Below, piece by piece: positions 1 through 15,461 of a stretch of 64,000 nucleotides of DNA. Each line of letters begins with the position of its first letter. Position 1 is the first letter of the stretch. A program made the position numbers and the translations under genes. The stretch covers positions 992,001 to 1,056,000 of the forward strand of contig NEEC01000014.1 in assembly GCA_002189035.1 (NCBI GenBank), given 5' to 3'. The DNA is from Utricularia gibba (taxonomy: Eukaryota > Plantae > Magnoliophyta). The notes beneath the pieces are model-generated. The model had not been told where the DNA came from. It saw nothing but the letters and a program-made list of their open reading frames with translations, and ran no database searches.

Positions 1-2859
1 GAGATATACTTCTTGCGCAATCTTGCATGTCGCAAAACTTGTTCCCATGACAATTTTCCTCTAGTAGTAAGCAACAGCGAATTAGAAACTAACAAAAATG
101 CATACTATATAAAACCATAAATAGACAACAGAACAAATCAAACTAAGAAGATAAATTTCATAACTCCAAAAGGCAATTCTTGCTGACTTTAAGACTCTTT
201 GAAATTAAAAAGGAGAAATAAGGAGGTTTTCCAATCAAAATGTATTTCCCAATCATCTTGCTATACTGCATCACAACACAGAGTTTTCCAAAATTTAAAT
301 AAAAATATTTAGGGAACCTGGCCTTCTTCATTTGGTCTGAAACAGCTCTATAAGCATATTTCCACCAAGACAGTGGATTATCATTAACCGAAACATGTGG
401 GCGATAGTGCACATATTTTACTTTCAGATTGAAGGATGCAAAGTTATCAGCTAACTTTAACAAATCCCGATAACCATCCTGATCAAAATACAAGGAATAT
501 CACGAAACCATCGTTTAACAAGAGTGAAGACAAGCAAGGAGCCAGGCAAACCTTGGACAGACACAGAACTACATCATCAAGATTAACTGAAGCTTGCTGC
601 AAGGGTTGACCTTTCATTCCAGAACTAATATGGCGATCTTTGAAATACTTAGCACTTCCACTCACTGGTTGTAAAACATAGGAGTGCTGACCAGTTTTAA
701 TAACCTCTGGTCTCCCATTTCTTGTGCCAAACTTAAAAATCTGAAGCTCATAAATTTGGTTGAGGATACAATATCAGTAAATCGACACAATGAACAAAAA
801 GACTGAAAAACTGAAAAAAAAACCTGTTCCCATTCAGACGGTAGCAAATCCTCCCACGGCTTTATGCTGTGCCATGGTGTGATGTCAGAATCCAAATATA
901 CAGCCATGCGCTCCAGCTCCACAGACTAAAAATTATGGATTCAAAAAAAAATTAAATAAATAGATAAATAGATGACATCAAAGAAATGGACCATCATAGC
1001 ACACAGCATGTGGTATTTTATCACGACATTCTATGGTTTCCGTGACAAATATTAAGAGTGTGCCTTGTAAAGACCTGGATCCTCTTCTCCACAATTTTCC
1101 TAAGATTTGCTTCTACATTATGCTTCACTAAAACATTGACATGTTGAATACCAGTTACACCAAAATAAGGACCAGCAATCAATCAGGTCTGGAACTGAAA
1201 TGCTAAGGAAAGATTGCATCAGGGATTAGTGTTTAAACCTTCTGAGTTTTCTCCAATGCACCTTCAGTAATAAAAGTTTCCTCTCCATTGTCATCAATTG
1301 TGAATGCTGATAGCTTATCTAAAGTCACTCCTGCTGCAAAAGGATGTCCTGGATTACTGGATTCCAACGAGACAAGTCAAGGCATTGAGCATATACGGAA
1401 TAAAAAGAAGAAAGAATAAATGCAAAGAGAGGATATGAATATGGATATATGAACGGTACATACCTCTCAAGATCTTCATACCGGATATGAATATTTGATA
1501 TTGAAAGCTTCAAATTCCCGATCACTGTACCAATTAAAGATCCAAGCCACGACTTATCCTTGAAGAAAAGAAGAAAATGTAAATTAAAGACCAATATACA
1601 CAGGAATCTTTGATCCAGCGCAACTCAAGTTATGGAACCGTTTCAATCAATGGAGATAGCTTTTCTACAACATCTCAGAGTTCAAGACATACCATTTCAT
1701 TTTTAAGCATTTGGCGACTCTCCAACAGCTTCATTTCCATTTCCTGTTCAGAGAATCAGAAATTCTTTCATTGTACATAGCCTAGATGTTAGATGAATGC
1801 TGCGACATCCAAATGGGTAGAATAATATACCCTTATCTGAGTCCTTTTAGCTTCTCGGACAGCATCCTCACTAGACCCCTCGACCACTGTTGCAGGCTCA
1901 GCCAGTACATATATTCTGTCCAGGGAAACAAGGACCGGATCATGCCCAAGTCTGCTCCATGGGACCTGTACTCATGACAGCATAATTACCGTGGCTAAAC
2001 AAGGAAGATAATATAATCCTCCAGGAAAAAGAGAGAATCATAACATGCATATCAAGTTGTAAATGCACATCCCATGAAAAAGCAGACTCAAACCAGTTTT
2101 CCTTGAGCTTTAAAAACCAAACTTCCAATAATGATGGCATGAAACAAACACGTGCATCACTTTTAAACCAAAGTAGCCAAAAGTAAACATGAAACGTGGA
2201 GGGATGGGGTCAATGTTGCATAAAAATATAAGCAGGGCATCCAATCCGTATAGAAAACAAATTTTGAACTCCAAACGAGTACCCTGCATCGAATTTACAA
2301 ATTCTTATATGGAAACAGGAATAAAATTTCTGCCAACGAGACACACACATTCCAAAAAAGGAACATACGGAACCACAAACCTTAAGTCGAATGGATCCAA
2401 GAAACCCAGCTTTAACTCTAACAGGCAACTTCAAGGCGTTAAGTGCCTCGGGTTTCAGTTGCATGTTCGTTAGTTCTACATCGCCTGTTGAATAAACTCA
2501 GTAAGTAGGCACAATGTTGTCAAAAGAAAGACTCAAAACAACTCAACATCTCCAAATGCTCATAACTATGCTCATAAAAAAATGCAGATTCTAAAAACAA
2601 GTTGACGGCGATCATATTATTTAAGCAACATCATATCAGTTTAAATACTAAAAAACGTGACTTTTAGCAATTCGGTACATCATTCCTTACTTGAAACTGT
2701 TCAACTGGAGCATGATAAGTTTCGAACACAAATAAGGAGACCAAATAAGAAACATGGGTTACCTTGCCAAACACTTATCTTGAGTGCTTCTTTATTAAGC
2801 CCCCGAACATAATTCCCCAAGTATCTTTGCAACAGAAACGCAACTTGGTCCTCCAACAT
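1..2859 (-). CDS. VPS13: Vacuolar protein sorting-associated protein 13 (VPS13), 5' exons only; gene continues past the window start
   Basis: Spliced minus-strand exons read MLEDQVAFLLQRYLGNYVRGLNKEALKISVWQ (ATG 2859, donor near 2762), MQLKPEALNALKLPVRVKAGFLG, KSWLGSLIGTVIGNLKLSISNIHIRYEDL, WWKYAYRAVSDQMKKA and GKLSWEQVLRHARLRKKYI at the window edge. These match the chorein-N region of plant VPS13. Confidence 0.95.
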
Positions 2860-3523
2860 CTTCACAAAATCCTCGAAAAAACCCTCAAGAATGGGCGACT
2901 AAAAGAGTCCCGCTCATATACATGGCGTGTGATGAAATGGCCAAAAAAGACTTAACATCCAAAGATCAAGAATTACACAGTAGAATCTAGAAGTTTGACA
3001 TCATGCTAGGTAAGTGAACGCAACACGTTTTCCAGTATTCGGACACGTGTTCTTCCCCAACGGCCCAATCGAGGGAGGGAGGAGGCTGATCATCACCATT
3101 TTCACACGAACACACCCAGGTCTCCTCGCTAACCGAATCGTAACCGTTCACGTGGCGACAAGGTCCAGGTACGCATTGGGCCCACGGTACTAAATTAGAA
3201 TAAACGTAATGTTTACGGGGTACAAAATGCCAATATCAGAAGTTCCAGGGGATAAAACTCATATCTGCAAACCAAATGGACCGAATTGAAAATACCTCTA
3301 AATTTTAAAAGGAGCTTGAAGAAAAATGCATCAATATATTTCATAATTTTAATAGCTATATAAAATAAATATCATTTAAATTTTTATTTTTATCAAAAAA
3401 AAAAAAAAAATACTTACGAATAAAAAAAAAACAATCTGTTGGTTGAATGGATGCAAACGTCACATTTCATAAGCACTATTCTTACACACAAGCTGCCGCT
3501 ACACATCTCTGGTTCATGGGCTC

Positions 3524-5759
3524 CTACAGATCCTCTATCTCCTCGAGGGAAGAAAACTTGGCATCAATTTTACAAATGGTGTCTTGGTCAACAGTCACGG
3601 TGGTGTACCACTTCGGGAGCAAGCTCACCTCAGGCTGCGGGATGCAACCCTTTTCCTCAGGCGTTGGGAGCCCCTCGGGTTCTGTTTGGCTGCTCTGGGG
3701 CTTTGATTTAAACACTTGGAAGGCCATTGCCCGGCATTCGTTGAAGTCATCATCATTTCTTGCTTTCTGTAACTTGTCAGAGAGTTCACTTAGAGCAGTT
3801 TCCCACTCACTTTGGGAAGATTTCATCTTCTTCTCCGGTCTCTCTGTTCCTGCGCCAGTGAACTCATCGGTGGGATCATTCGCATCCTTTTGAAGATTTC
3901 TCAGGCCTTGGTCGACGATGTCTTTTATCCTCTTCCTGAAGCTCTCGGATCTTCTTATATCAGATCGGAGTTTCAGACTCAAACCGCTGACCATGTTTTC
4001 GGTATTCTTGTCATCAGAACTCAATGACTCCGTACCAGGAGACTGGTGTTGCTCGGTCAGAAGGTGATCCTCGGGTACTACTGATTCTGAGTGTACTGCA
4101 AAAACTTCTTCCAACAAGGAAACATTTTGCACGTACCGGTCAAAAGCTTCACTTTCTACAAGGGCTTTTCCGTCTTTAAATTCTTTCAGCTTCATGAACC
4201 TCCACTCATTTATAACTTGAGCATCCTAAAGAAATTTCAAAGAACGAGTTTTAGAAATGATAATGTAAAGAACGGGAGAGTAAATTAAGACGCAGCTTGT
4301 TCCCACCTTTTTCGTCAGTGGCTTCCTAGGCCTTGAAGTCTGCAAGCTACTAAACTGAGCAAAGTTGCTGGAAAGGTGCCGAAGACGATGCGAATTCCTG
4401 TACATAATGTACATGCATTCAAACACCATACATGATTGTAAGCATGTCGAGTTCATGACTTTGATCTGAACAAACTGACAAGCGAATTTTTGAAAGTGTA
4501 ATACAGTTGACAAATCAACAGCCACATATAGAGTTTGAATCAACATACGATTATATAACAGTAATACTGAATTCATCAAATCAGCAAGAGGCAATAAAAC
4601 ATACTATAAAAGTGGATGGAATAACCTTAAATGGGATTAAGGTAAAAAAGAGGAAAAAAAGTCATGCATCTCAGCAATTTCCGTAGTTTACCCTAGATGA
4701 GATGCATCAGTTGAATGTTGGTCTGATAAAGGAGAGCTGGACGAGGGTAGTTTTTCAGGAAGCGAAGAGCCACCCTTGAGCACTGCAGCATCCATAAAAT
4801 TTCATGTTATAGTTAGATCTTTACGTGTTAAATTATCAGTACACGCACGGCAACTGTCATAGGATAAACCAAAGATACTATTTCTTACTATAAACATTAA
4901 AAAATGCTTTATATAAGAAGAGTGAGAAAAAAAAAACTGCCATGGCAACTTTGGGAGTCTGAATCACCAAAATAGAGACCCGAAGAATGACTCCAACCAG
5001 GGAACATAGAATTCACAAATGGTCGTATTAATCCTTAAAAAAAAGTATCTGCATACGTATGGTTAAAAGACTGCCGCTTCCTACCATGTATATGACATGG
5101 ATTTTGTGCCTTGGAGCAGCAGCTCTTGCACGATTGGTATGGGCATCTGCACACCAAAATCATGAGGAAAATCAGCATCCAAATAGATGGAAATTCGTTC
5201 CCTTGAGATCATCCTTTCAACATTTCAAGCAAAGAAGCATGAAACCGTTTAATGAGTTGAAAGGGTTTACAAAGGAAAACGGAAACGAAAGACAAATTAG
5301 CATATTAGAATGTAAAAAAACGTAAAGAGAACAGCAGAGAGCCAAATTCGAGATTCCCCCTAACATAGCAAAGAAAAGATGTTTCACGAAAATATAGAAA
5401 TACATGATTCCTAGGCGCGAAAAGAGAAATACTGAATAAAACTGGTCTGAAACTGGCGAACTCGTGTGTAACATGGTGCCTAAAACCATCGAGTGACAAA
5501 AGCGAGAAGAAAACCTAGAAATACGGGAATTGAACCCAGGATTACGTTTACTAATTCTACAGACACATAAAAACACGACAAAAAACGAGGCACAAAGAAA
5601 AGGAAGGATTTACCTCGAGCGAGCCACATTCCCACACTTGATGCATTTAGGTTTGTTGAGGCCGCGAAGACTCTTCGAGGATGCGGGGACCAAAGGTGCA
5701 GAGAGAGCGCCGCCGTCTAAGGCGGCGCCCGTGATCTTTACAGGCGACGGAGACGCCAT
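3524..5759 (-). CDS. Conserved plant protein of unknown function (At1g32730-like, N-terminal Cys-rich KPKCIKCGNVARSRC motif), multi-exon
   Basis: ATG 5759 gives MASPSPVKITGAALDGGALSAPLVPASSKSLRGLNKPKCIKCGNVARS followed by a GT donor. Downstream exons include ORF 4226-4594 (FSSLQTSRP) and ORF 3524-4195 (LVESEAFDRYVQNVSLLEEVF...SLEEIEDL*). Confidence 0.8.
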
Positions 5760-6870
5760 TTTCGCGGCTATTCCAGCCTCTCTTCACTGATTCGAAACAC
5801 CCGTAGACTACGAATCCATTCGTCAACAGTCACGTCTAGTGCCTGTTGCTTTCTTTTTCCTGGTTTTGGTCAATAAATACTTTCTGCATCTTATGGGCTT
5901 TCCAGATATGGGCCTGCGGAGCTCCGGACCGACCCATTGCTAATATCAAATATAAAATGATATAAAATATCAAATAAATAAATAAAATTCATAAATATTT
6001 TTTGAATATTAAATTTTATTTCTTATTCTTCAATCTTATTTTTTAAATTTTATCAAGATTATTTTAAACTTTAAATTTTATTTTTTTGAATTCAAAATTA
6101 AATTAAATTAATAAAATTATTTGAATTTAATATAAATTATATTTTTTATTTAATTACAATATACATTATATTAATATCACTTTCTTTATATTTATTTAAA
6201 AAAATTTTATTTATCTTAAAAATAAGACAATTCTAGATGTACTCATTTTTTCTTGATGCGACAAAAAAAAAATGAAATGTAGAGTTTTATTCTCTATTAT
6301 CACATGCAAATGCAAATACAAAAAAAATGAAATGAAATGTAATACAATCTTATTACATAAAAATTGTTTTTTATCATTTTTCTGATAGATGGGTAAGAAA
6401 CCGCAAAGGTGCATTCGCAGTACTTGGATTTTTTTTTTTTTTTTACAAAAGAGTAATCACTTAAAACATTGTGATACTTGTGTTTTTTTTAGTTTTTTTA
6501 TAAAAAAAGCATAAACACCACGGAAGGATCGCGATGCACATTTGCAATGCTTGTGATATTTTTAAATTGAGAGAATTGGATCGCGCTGTTTAGTGCAATC
6601 TGCATGATACTCACGTATTTTTAATGATACAATGGCGTATTCAACACGGCGGAGGAGCTCCCAAGAAATTAAAAAAAAAACCATGAAATCATGCCCATTA
6701 ATTAAGTTTTGAACTGTTTTTATTTGTTTTGTAGCAATATGAACGCAAAAAAAATCCTGATTTTTTACAAATGTGGGCACCCTCCTGTTTTATGGCCACA
6801 TTTCTAGTAGATTCATATCATTAAGGTTTTGTGTTCCATAATAAATAATTAATGAAATATTATTTATTAA

Positions 6871-6980
6871 TGTTGATTGACGAAACGGGTCACCCAATCG
6901 TTTTCTCGGGTCAGTGTAGGGCCCGTACCCGGTCAACGCCATGGCCCTATCCGGGTTGGGTTTGAACCCGTCCATCTCAC
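6871..6980 (-). repeat. CRK-associated ~110-bp GC-rich fold-back repeat, copy 1 (downstream of CRK-A)
   Basis: The reverse complement reads GAGATGGACGGGTTCAAACCCAACCCGGATAGGGCCATGGCGTTGACCGGG...GGGTGACCCGTTTCGTCAATC, clearly homologous to the copies at 25736, 29470, 34346 and 34934. Confidence 0.9.
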
Positions 6981-7336
6981 TTTTAGACTCTTCACTCCAC
7001 TCAAAACGGCTCTATGATCGGCCAATTTTAATATTTTATGACTATCATATTTCCGTGATATCATATTACGAATTCACGTAACATTGTATCAATTTAGGTA
7101 CGCCATAATACCTCTTAAGTTATATTGTATATATACCACTATATGATATGTTATGTGATACGTAATGAGTATGAAGTTTGGAATCACGTATTTATAAGAC
7201 ACTGTTTTTCCATAATTATTCCAAAAATATGTGCATAATTCTTTACAAAAATCCGGATCGCACATTTCTTTTTTTTTTTTTTTGAATATCACCTATATCA
7301 AAGAGTATGAATTAGAGCATACTCAGAGGAATCCAG

Positions 7337-9775
<2,439 letters not shown>

Positions 9776-10502
9776 GGGTCAGTTGCAGGAGAATGACAAG
9801 AGGAGGAAGGGAAATGCAGGCTACATCTTCCTCCAGAAAATGACACAATTGAGTATTCAACTCGGCGTTCGTTGGGTGTGCTGGTTAGAATTTTGTGGAA
9901 AATAATATTTAATAATAAAAAAATTATTTCAACTTTCATAACTAAAAATTAAACGTGAAGTATGTATTTTGCAATAATTATTGAATTTGATTACAGCTTT
10001 CTTTTACGAAAATTAGATTGAGAAACAAAATAATTTATTTAATTATAAAATAATAAATATGTTCTTTTGGATAATGACATATTAATTTATAATTAAAAAT
10101 GGAGTACAAATATATTAAAAACATAATTAACACAAAATATCAATTATACTTCCAATAAAGTAGTAACATGAAAGTATCCACAGTTCATCTCAAATATTTA
10201 ATGAAAATGGCATATTTGATCTTTACTGGGATAATTAATTTTTAAATTTAACATGTAGAACATTTTTAATCGTAATGAAGAATAAAAGGACTTTATTGAA
10301 GATAACTTTATTAGCAAAATGACCGATTTTATATTATTCAAGTATTATTTTTTAAAATAAAAATATGGTTTATCTATTTTGTATTTTGGAAAATTATTAA
10401 TCTGTTAACTTAATAGTTAAAAATGAGAATAGTGCAGTAAGAAACATATATTAATTATTATTATTATAAATATTAATATTTTTTAAAAAAATATTATTAG
10501 AG

Positions 10503-10545
10503 CGAATAGGTCACCCCATCTTTGTTGGTCAACCCCATGACCTAT
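10503..10545 (-). repeat. Degenerate partial copy of the CRK-associated repeat, upstream of CRK-A
   Basis: The reverse complement GGTCATGGGGTTGACCAACAAAGATGGGGTGACCTATTCG resembles GGTCATGGCGTTGAC...GATGGGGTGACCCGTTTCG with an internal deletion. Confidence 0.55.
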
Positions 10546-11318
10546 TCCTTGTCCATTATTTGTGAGTGGAAATAAACAATGGATTTAGAGAATTAAATCG
10601 TATAATTATTTTATCAAATTTTATAATTATAGTCAGATATATCTAATTATTTTACGTAAAGAAATATCAAATAAAATGAAAATAGTAGGATTAAATTTTC
10701 ATCTAGTAATTCTAAATTTTCAAACCTAAATTTTAACTCAGCTAATATTTCAAATGAAAAAAAATATTATTTGATAAATGATTTTGACTAAAGTGAAAAT
10801 ACAAGGATTAGAAATAAAATCTAATATAGGAAAAAAAACCCAAAAAAATAACGCGTATGGAGAACCACGATCGCGCATGTAGACTATTCTCTCAATCGTA
10901 CCCAAAGGAAGGGGCTTTCCCGGTTAGGGTTTCGTTGACGTCTTCATCTTGATTGTTCAAATCCAATTGGAGATGGCGAAGTTCTAAGGAAATGGTTTAA
11001 GATTTGGGATTTTGATTTGGAATCCGACGAATTATTGGAATCAATTGTTTGAAATATGTTATTCTATGAATTGGGTGTTGGAACCGGATTTTAAGCACAT
11101 CTAGGAATTAGCAATGAAGTGGAGATCCGAAAATGCAAAAGTGATCAACACAAGAAAGTTGGAGATTGAAGACATTATTCACTGAACAACGACTCTCGAC
11201 ATAGGAGGGAAGCACCTCCGACTTGAACAGCAAAGAGGAAACCAGTATTTTGATAGGAGATAATAATCAGGCGAGTGGGAGGCCATGGAAGCTCTTGCTG
11301 ATCAAGGATCGGAGATGC

Positions 11319-12106
11319 TCAGATGAAAGTGCAAGGCATGAGCACCCCAACAACCAGGAAGATTATAATAACTGTGAACGAACTACCTGCAGATCAAAGA
11401 GCATGGCATAAGGCAACCTTTTCTGTAACACGATCGTAAATAATATGTAATGGATAAAGAACCTGGTGGCAGAGATAGAGATGGACACTGTGGTCAAGTG
11501 AGGGAGGTGCTTGTGGTAGAGCCAAGACATCAGGTGAGGGAGGTGCTTATGGTGAAGCCAAAGGTACAGGTGAGGGAGGTAATTGTGGTGAAGTCAATAG
11601 GTGCAGGTGAGGGAGTTGATTGTGGTAAAGTCAATAGGTGCAAGTGAGGGATGTGCTTGTGGTGAAGCCATAGGTGCAGGTGAGGGAGGTGCTTCTGGGT
11701 GGCTCACCGCCGCCACGACTTCAACTTCTAGAATTATTGTCAAACTATAAAATAAATTGGTGTCATAGATGACAATGAATTTGGGGTAATATGCTCTCAC
11801 TTGAGTACGACCACTACAACACGGTACTATCTGCGCAGTCGCGAAGTGTAGACAGCGTCTACAGTCATCAGTCGAGATGTCTGGTGTGCACATCACCAAG
11901 GAGTAGATCATGTAAAACTCGGCTCCAGTCACATTGCCTGCTGCGGCCTTAATCCTGGGGCCTCCATAACAGCCTGGTTACGGAGACCAGTGATCAACCA
12001 GTTCAGAGCGCTGCTGTACTGTTCAACGCTCGTGACGTTGTCTTGTTCCCAGAAAGTGCTGCCTGTTGCACTATTATCATAAATGTCGAAAAGCCATTGG
12101 TTTGAG
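11319..12106 (-). pseudogene. CRK remnant: second DUF26, expanded Pro-rich stalk and truncated TM; no 5' end and no kinase
   Basis: Reads YSLVMCTPDISTDDCRRCLHFAT... The stalk repeats frameshift and the TM exon ends in TGA at about 11319. Homology to the paralogues stops abruptly at 12106. Confidence 0.9.
11490..11705 (-). repeat. About 6 tandem 36-37-bp units encoding [12 protein letters not shown]-like stalk peptides
   Basis: Recurring CCACAAGCACCTCCCTCACCTGCACCT on the minus strand (GGTGCAGGTGAGGGAG on plus). Two units are 37 bp, which breaks the frame. Confidence 0.85.
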
Positions 12107-12301
12107 TTTAAGTTTTAAAGTACAATTTTAAACCTGTCTTTTAAATACTCATAAAAAACCATTTAAACTAAAAAACCTTTTTTTTTTTTTTTTTTTTTGC
12201 ATGATAGACTTATCAAATGCGTTACTCAGAGGAACGGGCAAGAAGGAACCAACGGTCGAATCCCACCATCTATCGCCGTCGAACGCCCAGAAACCTGTGC
12301 T

Positions 12302-14918
12302 TCAGTTAGAACCAAGATATTGATCCACGAGGGTGACGACAGACCGAGCGAGAAGGTCAGCTGCTTCTTGGGTTGATGCTTCTGCGTAAACCCTAACAAC
12401 ATCTTCAGTTCCAGAAGGCCTCACGAAGCATCTCCCATGGGAGTGTTTTGCTGAAAAAGAAAATCTCAATATGACAACATGTTCGGTGACATGCTGGAAC
12501 TGCCGCACAATCTTATGGATTCTGCCATGTAACAAGGAAATGCATACATACAATATGATAAAAATCTGCCGTAAAAAAATAATCACAAAGTGCTTCACCA
12601 TCCGCACTGAAAAAGAATGTGAAGCTGATTGGAACTCACCTGTTTCTTTGTTGATTGCCTCTTGCAAGCCGGCTGGGCTGACAACTGTAGTCTCCGCATT
12701 TGCAGTTTTGACAGCAGTCCTGTCAAGAACCTTTACCTGGAGAACAATGCATGAATAGAATTGAACCTTAGCATTATATCACCAGCAAAACGAACTCCAA
12801 ATGCGCTCTTCTCAATTCCAAGAATCAAAGAATAGTACAAGTAAGCTACTTCACTCACAAAAACAACATACAAAATTAATATATGTCAACGATCTTACAA
12901 AAATATCTGAATGCCAACATGCAGACAGACCTTTAGTTGTCTGCTAGGAAGATCTTGATAGATATCACTCCATGTATGAATAGACCATCCCTTATGAAGC
13001 AAGATGGCCTCCACCAAGAGCAGATCACTCAACCCATCTCCAACAGCTTGATTAATTAATTTACTAACTGCCAATAATCTCAAAGCAGCTATGTGCTTGT
13101 CGGAACCTGGAGAGAGGGACCAATGAGTTCTCAAACTTACAGGAAATATATATACAACCAAAGCACATATGTACAACCTTTGCAGACCTTTCGATGTGGA
13201 CGAAAGTTCAGCATTTCTCATCTCCAACCAGGAAAGAAAACTATCAGAAAACAAAATAGTTCCATGTCCATTTGCTTCGAAATAGATGCCAATATCGTGC
13301 TCAGAAGCCTTCTCGTGCAGGTATTTTACTCCTGTAGGAGTTATTATGACTTCCAGGCCCAGCTGTTTCAGGTAATCAGTAGACGCGCCATTAGCATATG
13401 CCGTCTGTACTGCCACAAGTGAAACTTCACGAGAATTTTTTGATATCCCATCTTCAGGTTCGGTTAAAACGCGTAACTCTTCCTTGAGAAATAAGGCAAA
13501 CAGTGACAATATCTTGTCACCATCAACAAGGTCAATCTTGTGGCCACTTGGTACAACAGAGAAGTATACAAGTCGATCAGCATCACCATCCAGACTGGCA
13601 CACCTGAAACACTGGAATCAGAAAGGCTCATTTTTTTTAATCGGCACTCTCATAAAGACATCTCACCTTTTTCCTGTATCAGATGGACCAAAACCACGTG
13701 GAACAACCTTCTCTTTCTGAACATAATCAGCACCTACACCTTCATTCAATACACCAAAGCCACAGTTGCGAACATCAAGATTCAAACACAACTTTGACTT
13801 CAATATTTCAAGCTTTTTTCCACCTACACCATCAGCCCCATCAACTATCAACTTATCGTTTACATTTGCGCCTCCACTGCCTAGTGGACTATAATCCAAT
13901 AAGGACCTGGAAAATGAAAAAGGTAACTTTTTTTTTATTTTTTATTGAGAATGCTATGCTTTTAACTCCCTCGCACTACAAACCTAAAAGATGTCAAGAG
14001 CTGGTTGTAATAATTTTTTTCAGATGCTTCAAACCCATTGTTTCTGGAACGAACCATCCAATGAAGTTGAGGAGTCGTAACAATTCCCATATCAGTTGCA
14101 GTAGCTCCGAAAATTGAAGTTACACCCTGAGCATGACGAGAAGTAATATCAGTACCCAGAATTCAGTTCTCAGAAACTAGATTCCAGTTGACGTGATACA
14201 AGCACACAATAACAACAAAAGAAAATCTATCAACCAACAAAAAAGGTCAGTACATTGCCTGCTTAGCAGCATCCAGAAGAGACACTCCACTGGGCCGAGT
14301 GTCTCTACCCAAAAGAACTTCTGCTGAAAAGTCTCCATCCAATGTAATGCCTTCCTTTTTCACAAAATCATCTACCAACTGCCTTGATTAATAAAACAGT
14401 ATCTCATAAACCGAACACACATAAAAAAAAAAAAAAAAAAACTTGAAACAAACGAGGGACAGAATTAGTAAAAAGGAAGAAATTATACACGCAATGTAGC
14501 TTCAAACCTGAACAAGGGAAGAAGGATCCTGGGCATTGGCAATGGCATCAGCAAATGGTTCCCAGAGCTGAGTAAGCATTCCACCGGATGGGTCAGCGAC
14601 TTTTATCCCATTATCAGACACCTGATTGTGTGAGGCGGTGATCATGACACCGATCACCGATCTGGTCTGAATGGACCTGAGTGCAGCCAGAATTCCGACA
14701 CGAAACACGGTCGATTCCAACAACGACCCGTCGGCTCTGAACCCGGACGTCCCATACGAAAAATGCACGCCTGATACGAAGAGGGCGCATTGTAACTTGT
14801 AAGAAGGAAACGGAAAAAAGAATCTGAAACAAAACGGTCCTAGAAAATGGCCCGCACCTGAAGGCCGCGGAAAGCGCGACGATGAGTCGATAAGAGCTGT
14901 TCGCTGTTGCTGATTCAT
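12302..14918 (-). CDS. DRT101: Phosphoacetylglucosamine mutase (AGM1/PGM3 family), multi-exon
   Basis: SYGTSGFR, the active-site motif MITASHNQVSDNGIKV, DGADGVGG, VQTAYANGAST, GIYFEANGHGTILF, INQAVGDGLSDLLLVE and RCFVRPSGTEDVVRVYAEA. Confidence 0.97.
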
Positions 14919-15461
14919 TCTTCTTCCAGTCCAGATTCGTGAACGAGATTTGTAACCCTTCAGAAAAAAGGGGAATTTTGACCTAATTTTGATTTTCTAA
15001 ATCTGCTAGTTCATTCATTCTTCTTGCACCAAACACCTTATAATTTCAATAAATTACAATTGATGATTAAAAATAGATAATAAAAATCAGGCATGCTGAA
15101 ATGTCCCCGTCTCCGTACTCTTTTTACAATAAAAAATTCAGAATGTAATGAATAAAGTGGGAAAAGTGTCAAGAATGAAATAGTAAATTTATTGAGGGTC
15201 AATGTATAAAAACCCCAATTGTGAGAACCCCTCGCCCACTTCCTACTGCACTCCCCACTCAGACCCCCCTCCTTTTTTTCATGCTGTGATTGCAAGGATC
15301 TTGACTTGTGTAGCTTTTATCGTCACACTCTGTGTGTACTTGGCTCGGGTACCGGAACTTTGGCTCCAAATGGGGTTGCATTATTTGATTTCTGCTGGTT
15401 TTGAATCGTATTTCAAGCTGTAAAGTTTCAGACTTGAAGTTGTGTTGCTGGGGTGTGCCCT

